A stretch of DNA of 64,000 nt from Eledone cirrhosa (lineage: Eukaryota): the NCBI GenBank assembly GCA_964016885.1, contig OZ024763.1, forward strand, positions 5,890,001-5,954,000, read 5' to 3'. Below, piece by piece: positions 11,729 through 22,167 of this stretch; position 1 is the stretch's first letter, and each line of letters opens with the position of its first letter. The translations under genes and the position numbers were made by a program. The notes under the pieces are model-generated. The model ran no database searches and had not been told where the DNA came from. It was given only the letters and a program-made list of their open reading frames with translations.

Positions 11729-13520
11729 AGGAGACAATCATGGGCAAAAAGCAGGCTTGGAAAGACTGGTGGGATGGGGGAAGTAGAGAAGACTATCAGG
11801 TGGCCAGGAGAGAAGCTAGGCAACAAGTGTACTTTGCAAGAAGTGAAGCAGAGGATAGAAAGTTCAAGCATGTTCTACAACATAAGGACCAAAAATGAGA
11901 GGTGTTCAGGATTGCAAGACAATGTGTCAAGGAAAACTGTGATATTGTTGGGGAGAAGTGTGCCCGTAATGATGATGGTGTACTTGCCCTCACTGATACT
12001 GATAAGAAGGTAGCTTGGAAGTGTCACTAAATGAGGAGAATAAATGGAAAAAAGATAGTCTGCCCCTAATCGATCCAAAAGAGGGACCAACTGTATAAGT
12101 TAATGGTAGTATAATAAGTAAGGCAAACAAAGATATGAAGATAGGCAAGGCAGCTGGGCCTTTGGAGATAGTTGCTGAGATGTTGAAAGCATCTGGAATG
12201 GTGGGACATACTATGGTCACCCAGATAGTAAACCAAGTAATACAGAATGGGACCATACCAAATGACTGGCATAGCAACATCATTGTTAACTGCTACAAGG
12301 GCAAAGGAGATGCTCTAGATAGAGAAAACTATAGAGGCATTAAGTTAGTTGACCCGGTTATGAAGGTCACAGAAAGAGTTATTGCACAACTAATTAGAGA
12401 CCGAATTGATCTAGATGAAATGCAGTTTGGGTTTGTCCCAGGTAAAAGTACCATGGATGCTCTCTTCAGAAGTATCTAGCTAAAAGTAAACCCCTCTACT
12501 TAGCATTTGTTGACTTGGAGAAAGCCTTTGACAGAGTCCTCCCGCTCCATTATCTGGTGGGCTCTTAGAAAACTAGGAGTGGAAGAATACTTGTGAGAGC
12601 TATACAAACCATGTATGGAGGAACAGTCAGCAAGGTTAGAATTAACAATGAATTTAGCGTAAAAGTTGGTGTTCATCAAGGCTCTGTCATTAGCCCCCTC
12701 CTGTTATTTATTGCCTTATAGGCTATAACAGAAGAGTTTAAGACCGGCTGCCAATGGGAACTTCTATATGCAGATGATCTAACTCTCTCACCTGAATCTA
12801 TGGCAGATTTAGAGAACAAATTCCAAACATGGAATCAAAAGGCCTTAATGTTAACTTGTCTAAGATTAAAGTTCTAGTATGTAGAAAGGAAATGGCCATG
12901 CTCGGTGTATAGGAAAAGAGTAGGTAGAAATTCCAAATGCAAACTATGGGTACATAAAAGATGTAGTGGGATCACAGGTAAACTATCTAAGAACGTAGAC
13001 TTTATATGTGGCCGATGCTCAGGTGCAGTAAGTAGCAAGTGCCCACAAGATACTAGCTCCTTCAACTGCCCAGATGGTTCTATAGAAATAGTAGACACTT
13101 TCCGTTACCTGGGTGACAAAATCTGCAGTGGAGGAGGGTGCTCTGAAAGTACAGTAGCCAGAGTTAGAACGGGATGGATAAAGTTCAGAGAGCTTATACC
13201 ACTGTTGGCCACTAAAGGTTTCTCTCTAAAAATGAAAGGCAGATTGTATGATGCTTGTATACGAACAGCAATGTTACATGGCAGTGAGACAAGTGCATTG
13301 TGTGCAGAGGACCTGTGAAGATTGGAAAGGAACAATGCATACATGCTCTGTTGGATGTGTAATAGTAAAAAAACTAAGTGAGAAATTAGGAATAAGAGGG
13401 ATCAGATGCAATTTACTTGAGAGGATATTACGTTGGTATGGTCATGTGATGCTATGGAGTAGGTAGACCCAGAAAAACCTGGGACGACATGATAAAATCT
13501 GACTTTGCACACTTACACCT
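11729..13520 (+). mobile_element. Degraded 5'-truncated RTE-clade LINE (RT with LYADD, Cys-rich insert, C-terminal RWYGHV)
   Basis: ORF fragments [17 protein letters not shown]...MQFGFVPG, ctatatgcagatgat (LYADD, ~12764) and FRYLGD...LHGSET. Multiple stops and frameshifts. Confidence 0.9.
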
Positions 13521-13783
13521 CTCTAAGACAATGTCACTGGATCAAGACCTTTGGTGCCACGCAGTAATACAGAAGACCCGCTTTCCCTTACATACAAAGT
13601 TAAACCTACAGTCAGTAAGCTCCTCTTAACCAAATATACACCCCAACCCACTACCCGTACTCCATGGCCCCTCCTAGTTCCTGCATATACATTTAGAGAA
13701 ATATCCTCCACCACCAACTGACTTCTGGTGTAGAAAAATTAAAAGGAAGTTTATAATTTTCCTGGCGGCTTCTGTTGTAGAGA

Positions 13784-13901
13784 ATGGACAAGTTTGTGGT
13801 TAAAAAACAGAAGTTGTCTGCTACAAATGAAGAATTCTCCGCCACTAAACAGCAAGATGGTGATGATGGTGATGGTGAAAATACTGGCAAATTTAAAAAA
13901 G
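13784..13901 (+). CDS. ALKBH2: ALKBH2 coding exon 1 (MDKFVVKK..., APIM motif)
   Basis: ATG 13784 gives MDKFVVK, matching the ALKBH2 N-terminal APIM (human MDRFLVK). Donor ag|gtatgt after 13901, phase 1, compatible with exon 2. Confidence 0.85.
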
Positions 13902-14335
13902 GTATGTTGTATTTATTGCCTTTAGTCTTAACATAGTGAAATTATTGTTGTTATATGCTTTGAAGCATAGAGTTACCTCCCTTTATGATCTGAGTTCAAA
14001 TCCCGCCGAGGTTAACTTTGCCTTTCATTAAATTCCGACACTAATTTGCATAATAGACTAAATAAATTTAATAACCCCACTATCCGGGAGCTTCCAACAG
14101 AAATGGTCGCATTCTTTAAGGGTATGTCAATATTTATTTATAAAACTGATCTATATTATATTTTATCTGATGAAAGCGCACCATAATTTGACTTGGTGTC
14201 CTTGAAATATGTATAATGAAATAAATATGGTTTTATAAATATAGTTTCCATTTGTTAATATCGTATATATATATATATATATATTAAAAGGTCTAAATGT
14301 AACCATGTTTGTGAATAAGAAACATTCTATTGCAG

Positions 14336-14511
14336 CTCTTCAATGGAAGAAGATTCGATCTATTAATCTAGACTGTGATTATGTGATGTTATACAGTAAA
14401 ATAGAGGCTGATAGCTTATTGAGACAGTGTGAAGAGACTTTAACATACAACACTGGACGTCTGGCTCAGGTACAAGTGTTTGGTAAATGGTATGATATAC
14501 CGCGTAAACAG
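14336..14511 (+). CDS. ALKBH2: ALKBH2 coding exon 2
   Basis: Acceptor tattgcag|, donor cag|gtaagg. Encodes LQWKKIRSINLDCDY...VQVFGKWYDIPRKQ, typical of ALKBH2. Confidence 0.92.
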
Positions 14512-14739
14512 GTAAGGTTTATATTATATATATATATACATGTGTGTTTATATGTCTGTGTGTCTGTATATTCTGGGCCTCCAAGAGAAATTTTGCAAGG
14601 TGGTACAAGACCCCTTCGGATGTTGCATGGTTGGTGTGGGGCCTTTTTAGCTTTTGGGCCCCAGAATATCTAAGTGTGTTTGTGTGTGTATATGTCTATA
14701 TATGTCTGCAAGTTAGTGTGTATATATATGTGTATATCT

Positions 14740-15352
14740 GTCAGGTCACCAGTTGGTGCTACTGGTAACATGTATCCCAGTACAACCTGTCCCATGGTCG
14801 AGTCGTTGGCGACTAAACTGGCAACCCCACCAAGGTTTCTTGGTGAGGAGGGTGACTTTGGACATCCTGCAGGACTAAAAACAAAACCTGTCAAAGGGCA
14901 AAGGAGCTCTTAAGAGTCAATGGCCATCCAAAATCACCGGGAGAGATGACCCCTTAGCCTTTGTCAAGGCATAATTCTAGGAGAAGGAAAACTCTGATAT
15001 AACACCTGCAACCCTGATGGTATCCAATGATGTTGACTTGTTCTTCTTTTTGGTAAATATCATCTTGGTTAAGAGAGTGGGACTGGCTTTGTGCAGTGCC
15101 TTCGCTCACTATAAAAGCTTCACGGCACAGGCATTGCTTTATATCTGGAGATCTCTCTGCACTTGTCGTCACATGGTACCATGGGCCCTGCACTATGTGT
15201 CAATAATTGTCACAGGTGTGGAGTGTTTGTACCAGAGTTTTCAAGTCGCTGGCTGGACTAAAAAGTCACACTCGTTCAGCGCATCGGTAGGGGTTCTCCT
15301 ACATGGATATAAAGTAGTGGCCGTACTCGAAAACGAGTTGGCAGCCACCATA
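14740..15352 (+). mobile_element. Non-autonomous LINE-derived element (5'-like segment fused to 3' segment encoding a C2H2-like zinc-finger remnant)
   Basis: The 3' part matches 29540-29827 and 31279-31640. The 5' part (actaaactggcaaccccacc...) is repeated at 15590-15770. A related 3' end is at 16400-16645. Confidence 0.6.
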
Positions 15353-15379
15353 TCTGTCTATAGATGTCTGTAAGTTCGT

Positions 15380-15565
15380 ATGTATCGACAGTCGATAGAC
15401 TTTCGTCAAATCGGACCGAGGAAACCATGTTTCCATTGGTGTTTCCAATTGCTAATACTCTCTACAAGTGGCAACTCCGGGTAGAAGGACATGAGGGGTT
15501 GCCCGGTCCAGGAATCAAACTCACAATCTCAATTCTCTAGCCACTCAGCCACGCGCATTCACTTT
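15380..15565 (-). mobile_element. tRNA-derived SINE (same family as 49726-49945)
   Basis: Reverse complement of ...cctcggtccgatttgacgaaagtc plus a tRNA-like head. Confidence 0.65.
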
Positions 15566-15811
15566 TTGCGTGTATATATGTCTTAAGTACTACTGGTAAC
15601 ATGGAACCCAGTACAACTTGTCGCACATTCGGGTTGTCATCGACTAAACTGGCAACCCCACCAAGTTTACTTTACTTGGTGAGGAGGGTGATTTGGGACA
15701 CCCTGCAGGACAAAAGACAGAACCTGACAAATGGCGGAAGAACTCATAAGAGTCAACAGTCATCCAAAAATGTGTAAATATGTATATACATGTATGCATG
15801 TGTATATATGA

Positions 15812-15850
<39 letters not shown>

Positions 15851-15890
15851 CATGTATATATGAATATATATATATATACATGTGTATATA

Positions 15891-15946
<56 letters not shown>

Positions 15947-15958
15947 CATGTGTATATA

Positions 15959-16009
<51 letters not shown>

Positions 16010-16089
16010 GAATATATATATATATACATGTATGCATGTGTATATATGAATATATATATATATACATGTATGCATGTGTATATATGAAA

Positions 16090-16134
<45 letters not shown>

Positions 16135-16159
16135 CATGTGTATATATGAATATATATAT

Positions 16160-16190
<31 letters not shown>

Positions 16191-16210
16191 CATGTATGCA
16201 TGTGTATATA

Positions 16211-16270
<60 letters not shown>

Positions 16271-16681
16271 CATGTATGCATCTGTATATATATATACACA
16301 TATATATATATGTATGCATGTGTATGTATATGTGTAGGGACATAGAAATAATCAGGCTGGATGCCTGATCGCGCGGTTAAACCACTGTGAGTGAAGGCCC
16401 CTAGCCTTTGTCAGGGCATTCTTCTAGGAGAAGGCAACTCAGGAAACTGGGATAACTCTGATGATGTTGATCTTTCCTTCTTTTCAGGTTATAGCTACTC
16501 TCGCTCGGAGAGTGGGATTGACTCAGTCTTTCCTCACTTTCAAAAAAATCTTCACGCACAGGCATTGCATAACAGCATTAATTGATAATTATTAATGTTA
16601 TATCGTGCAATGGCCATACTCGATAACGAGGGGGCAGCCATCATGTATGTGTACATATATGTCTATGTATATTTATGTTTG

Positions 16682-16717
<36 letters not shown>

Positions 16718-16722
<5 letters not shown>

Positions 16723-16918
16723 GAACAAGTATGACCCCGACGGCAGAGCTCAAGCTGTTTCAACGGCTAATTCTGGACTCAGAGTCAAGAATTAGTCGTC
16801 GAAACGGCTTGAGCTCTGCCGTCGGGGTCATACTTGTTCCTATTACCCACTCTACAACCCTAAGTATTGAGTACTTTGGTGCGTTATGGTCCATCTGGTT
16901 CCTTACCACATTTCCTGC
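16718..16918 (+). repeat. Dispersed ~200-bp element with long terminal hairpin (copy 1)
   Basis: ~55-bp inverted arms (ataggaacaagtatgaccccgacggcagagctcaag.../...cttgagctctgccgtcggggtcatacttgttcctat) plus a constant tail. Copies at 21992-22152 and 56195-56392 (-). Confidence 0.8.
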
Positions 16919-17110
16919 ATTCTATATCTATATATATAAGTCTGTATGTGTGTGTATATGAATAAAAGCACACAGTACACTCTGTAAAGTGGTAGTGTTG
17001 GCACCACAACACCTACACCACACTTATGTATATGATATATATGTGTGTGTGAAGGTGTTAAATGCTTTAAACAATAAATTAATTAATATTTGTATTTCCT
17101 TGTTAACCAG

Positions 17111-17253
17111 GTTGCCTATGGAGATGAAGGTTTGTGTTATACATTCTCTGGAAACACTGTTCCAGCTCGGCCTTGGACTCCACTTTTATTGGAGATCAAA
17201 GATAGAATTACACAGGTGACAGGACATTCTTTTAACTTTGTCCTCGTCAACAG
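17111..17253 (+). CDS. ALKBH2: ALKBH2 coding exon 3
   Basis: Acceptor ttaaccag|, donor ag|gtaagt. Encodes VAYGDEGLCYTFSGNTVPARPWTPLLLEIKDRITQVTGHSFNFVLVN(R). This frame is not in the ORF track. Confidence 0.93.
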
Positions 17254-17566
17254 GTAAGTATCATTGTAACTTAGTCCTTTTGTTACCCTTTTTCTAATGA
17301 AATATACCCTCTTAATTTCAATTAAGAATTTTGAGGGAGTTTCTAAAATTATTATTTCATTACCAAGATAGTAACTTATATAAAATTATGTTGGAGGAGT
17401 TTAATTTGAATAACAGCTCTGCGTTTCAATTAATTAATGAAGAATGTTGAGGGATTTACTAAAATTATTTAATTATTTTGGTTTCTAACTCAATTGTTAA
17501 TGTACCCACCTCCGCTGTTCCCTAAATACTTCCATTATCTAAGTGACTCCCAACTCTATTCCATAG

Positions 17567-17888
17567 ATACCGAGATGGTACCGATCACATGGGAGAACAT
17601 AAAGATGACGAGAAGGACCTCAGAAGACAAAGTCCCATAGCGTCGCTGTCTTTGGGTCAAACTCGAGATTTCGTCTTCCGTCATGAATGTCACCGTGGTA
17701 ACCAAAGAAAGAAGGGCTTAGCCAAACCTGAGATTGACCCAGTCAAGATAGAACTACAACATGGCAGTCTACTACTAATGAACTATCCTACCAATATCTA
17801 TTGGTACCATTCTCTGCCACAACGTAAGAGATTGGCTAATGTGAGGATCAATATGACATTTAGAGATATGGTTGTTAAATCGCAATAA
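17567..17888 (+). CDS. ALKBH2: ALKBH2 coding exon 4 (catalytic 2OG-Fe(II) motifs, stop)
   Basis: Acceptor ccatag|. Encodes YRDGTDHMGEHKDDE (HxD)...YWYHSLP (distal His)...RINMTFR, then TAA. The four exons sum to 759 nt = 252 aa with consistent phases. Confidence 0.95.
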
Positions 17889-18144
17889 CTAAAGGTCTAG
17901 TGCTCCCACTGACTACTCTAACAGACATACCATCAACACTACTACTCACCTCTCAAACAGACCATCAACACTACCACTGTATAGTGCTACCACCCACAAA
18001 CATCAACACAACAAATAATGTGCATAAATATATATATATATATACATGGATATAGGCATACATATATTCATACTTATATATATTTGTGTCTATATATATA
18101 GATATATACACACATAATTATAGGCATACCTATATTTATGTATC

Positions 18145-18440
18145 TTCATCATCATCATCGTTTAACGTCCATCTTCCACGCTTGCATGGGTTTGGACGGG
18201 AGTTTTGCCACTTGAAGCAAGATTGGTTGTCTTGCTCGTATAGGACTGTCTGGCGGGTTTTTCTACGGCTGGATGCCCTTCCTAACACCAACCACGTTTA
18301 CAGTGTGGACTGGGAGGTTTTTACCGTGTTACCTACACGGCCACATTACAGCGTGGACTGTGTGTTTTTTTTTCGTGACACCTACACGACCTCATTTGTT
18401 TCGGACTGGATGTTGTGGTACCGACATAACTTTACATGAG
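18145..18440 (-). mobile_element. SINE/RTE-tail fragment with (ATG)n end
   Basis: Contains ggatgcccttcctaacac...tttacagtg as in the 11382 SINE tail. Similar copies at 53200-53515, 54872-55115 and 61150-61345. Confidence 0.6.
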
Positions 18441-19019
18441 GGAGATGAGGTTATGTTAGCCATCCGCGGCCGAAATAAAGAGGAGGAGTCTTTGCATACC
18501 GAAATAAAGAGGAGTCCCTGCATTCCTATATATATTTGTGTCTTAATGACATCATTTCCAATTTTTTCAAAAATGTAAACATTCTCTGTAACTGATGGCT
18601 GGTGATTGCTTTGGTGAGATTATAACGAAGATTCATTATTAAATAACTGATTTTGAAAAGTCCCAGGAAGGGGATGAAATCTTCGTAAATCAGCATTTAG
18701 TGTATTAATTGTATTTGGTGTCTATTTTAATGACTAATTTGCCTCTAGTGTAATTGTTATTTTTAGCATGATAGGATTTTGAATACATGTCTTTTTGGAA
18801 AATTCTTTAAAAGGGGTATGATAGCCTTTTGTATTGCTTTTAATAATAAATTATTCTATTTTGAGCTGTGTTTAACTTCTCCACCTATCTTTATAACTTT
18901 TTTATATTGTTTTTATAAAAAAAAACGATATTTATTTCTTTTATATAATCATAATCCACCTGGTTGTGGTGGGGCTGATAACATTGTATCCTGGGAAAGA
19001 TGGTTGCAGCTTTCCTTTA

Positions 19020-19340
19020 TGATGCCATTTATGCCATTTTAGAGTCATTTTAGCCATTTTAGTGTAATTTTAATAATTTAGGATGCCGTTTTAGCCATTT
19101 TAGAGTCATTTTAGTCATATATGTTGCCGTTTTAGCCATTTTAGAGTCATTTTAGTCATATATGATGCCGTTTGAGTTATTTTAGAGTCATTTTCGTAAT
19201 TTATGATACCGTTTTAGCATTTTTAGAGTCATTTTATTCATTTCTGATGCCATTTTAGAGTCATTGTAGTCATTTATGATGCCGTTTTAGCCATTTTAGA
19301 GTCAATTTAGCCATTTTAGAGTCATTTTATATTTTAGAGG
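19020..19340. repeat. Degenerate short-period tandem repeat (gccattttagagtcatttta)
   Basis: Visible 10-22-nt periodicity. Confidence 0.8.
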
Positions 19341-19414
19341 AGTAGACTGTATTTACAGTGAACTTTGATGTAAAGATATGGCACTTTGTATGAAAAATTC
19401 AATTGTAGCACTAT

Positions 19415-20642
19415 ATAATAATAATAATAATGAAATATTGTGTACAGTGCTCAGGTGCACTACAACTCATCAAAAAGTGTATGTATAGTACATAGGGTAA
19501 TGTACAAACATCAGGAAAATGAACAGTGCATGAGTCATGATACACACATGTGTGCATGTGTATGGAAGGGGTACATCAGGTGTAGTTTTGGCGTATTTCG
19601 GGAAGCATGAGTGTCTTAAAGGATGCAGTGTCTCGGCAGCTAACAACTGACGTAGGCAGTTTGTTCCATGCTTCAGCAACTCTGAGCGTGAAAAAATGTT
19701 TACGAAAGTCATGGGAGCTGTGCTGTTTTCTGATTTTGTAGGCATGTCCACATGTGTTAGACACATGGAGATCAAAAAGGTGCTCAGGGTTGCAATTGGC
19801 GAGATGGTTCATAACTTTGTGGGTATTCACCAAGTCCATTGCCAGACATCGGAGCTTCAATGAATCCATGCCCAGGGAAGCAAGGCGTTCAGAGTATGGT
19901 AGGTGTCTGATGGAGGGTATGCGCTTGGTTGCACGTCTCTGAACAGTTTCCAGGAGGTCAATGTTCTGAGCAAGATAGGGGTTCCAGACTGATGATGCGA
20001 ATTCCAAGTGTGGTCGTACCATAGCTGTATACAGTTTTAAATAGATGGCTGGAGAGCGGCTAACAAAGGTCTTGCTGAGTGATGCCAAGACACCCCTCGG
20101 CCTTCTTGACAATCTTAGAGACATGCTTTGTCCAATGCAAATCGCTGCTGACAGTAATGCCCAGGTCACGTTCACAAGAGGACTTCTTGATATCAGTGTT
20201 GTGGAGGGAGTATGTGGACGCTGGATTTTTCCTCCCAAAATGCATGATGGTACACATGTCCACAGCCAGCTTCAGTTGCCAGTCTGTGATCCATTGCTGC
20301 ATTGTGTCCAGGTCTGATTGTAGGAAAAAGTTGTAGATTTCAGGATCAGTCCTTTTGATTTCAAGGTACAGCTTGATGTCATCTGCATATTTCAGTACCG
20401 TGGCATTCTGTAAGTTGGCATCTATGTCATTAATATATGCCACAAACAAAAGGGGACCAAGAACAGATCCCTGTGGTACACCAGATGACATCTCATATGG
20501 TGAAGAATGCTGTCCAAGAACCGTGACTACTTCTTTTCGGCTGAGAATGAAGGATTTCAACCAGTCGAAAAGATCATCCCTCACACCCATTGCAGAGAGT
20601 TTTGCCATAAGTCTTTTGTGTGGCACAGAATTAAAAGCCTTA
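19415..20642 (-). mobile_element. 5'-truncated CR1/L2-group LINE, RT C-terminal half, frameshifted, (TTA)n tail
   Basis: SGVPQGSVLGPLLF...KYADD...ERDLG in one frame and LYTAMVRPHLEF..VWNPY...LETVQRRATK...WNKLP in another. The minus-strand 3' end terminates in tcattattattat. Confidence 0.9.
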
Positions 20643-21339
20643 AGGAGTAATCAACTTCCTATAGATACCTTTAATACATTATGATAGAGTAGACTGTATT
20701 TAAATTGAAAATTAGATATAAATATATAACCTTTTATATAAGGGACTCAATTGAGGCAACATATAATGTATGTTAGAACAATGAATTTAGTTATGATAAT
20801 CAGCTAGTTACCTCTCCTAGTTACCTTCCGGGTAATAAACCACTGTAGATTCTCGCAGCAGAAGGAACCTATTCTATAAATGTGGATTAAATAACACTGA
20901 GCCTCAATACTCTACAATCATTTACTACATCAAACATTCAATATGGAATCATCGTAACTTATGTGATGGATGTAAAAACTATATCTTCCTTTTTCTGAAT
21001 GTGAAAATAGTGGTGGATACGAAAACTATAACTCTCTTTTTCTGCACACATACTTTTTTGATCTATACAAAAAATACCCTACCACTACAACCACTATAAT
21101 ACTCTTGCTTACCCGCTTAAAGTGCTTGCATTACATGTAACTCCTTGCCACACAATAATCGTATATAAATGAGACACACTTGCATCCTCCATGTGTAACT
21201 AACGCATACACTACCTACTAGATCTGACTATCAAACTATCCTCTTGCATTATCTGCCGAATGTATTTTAATTTTGATTTTGAATTTGAATTGTTCTACAA
21301 AGATAGTATAGTATAATATATGTCACTCCACTGTACATC

Positions 21340-21370
<31 letters not shown>

Positions 21371-21674
21371 CTCTTGCGTTGGAAAGGAGGTCAATCATGT
21401 GTACAAACATTGAAAAATGCTTCGAAGACTCCAAGCCTAGGTTTGGATGAAACAATTGTAAGTGAATAAATGCTTTGAACATAGCTTTGATTCTTGTGAA
21501 TTCTATATAACTGCTCTGTAGAACAACTGATGTTATTACATTGAGCTATTTATCTTACTGGTAATAAGGTAGTAATAAATTACTGACCTTCCCTGTTTAA
21601 GGTTTAAAATATACATAACAATAAATAGTATCCTTAATATTATATATATATATATATATATAGAAACTGTGTCT

Positions 21675-21966
21675 GAGAGGGATAGAATGTAGTATACGGG
21701 AGAGGAGACTGAGGTGGTATGGACATGTGATGCGCATGGAGGATGACCGATGGGTGAAGAAGTGCCAGGAATTGCCAGTTGAAGGAAGACGTGGTAGAGG
21801 TAGACCACGAAAAACATGGGCGGAGGTGGTGAGAACAGACCTCAGATCATTGAAGCTCACGGTGGAGATGACGAGGGACCGTGACGAGTGGAGAGATGCT
21901 GTGCTGAATAAGACCCGTCCCACCCTTGCAAGCAGGGAAAAGCGGACGTAAAATGATGATGATGAT
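21675..21966 (+). mobile_element. RTE LINE 3' end fragment
   Basis: RLRWYGHVMRMEDDRWVKK...GRPRKTW followed by an (ATG)n tail. Confidence 0.85.
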
Positions 21967-21991
21967 ATGATATATATATATACATACATAC

Positions 21992-22152
21992 AGAGGAGAA
22001 AGTATGACCCCGACGGCAGAGCTCAAGCCGTTTCGACGGTTATTTCTGCCGTCGAGGTCATACTTTCTCCTATTACCCACTCTATTACCCTAAGTATTGA
22101 GTACTCTGGTGCGTTATGGTCCATCTGGTTCCTTACCACAACTCCTTCGTTA
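21992..22152 (+). repeat. Hairpin element copy 2 (partly deleted arm)
   Basis: Same arm and tail sequence as 16718-16918. Confidence 0.75.
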
Positions 22153-22167
22153 TATATATATACATAT

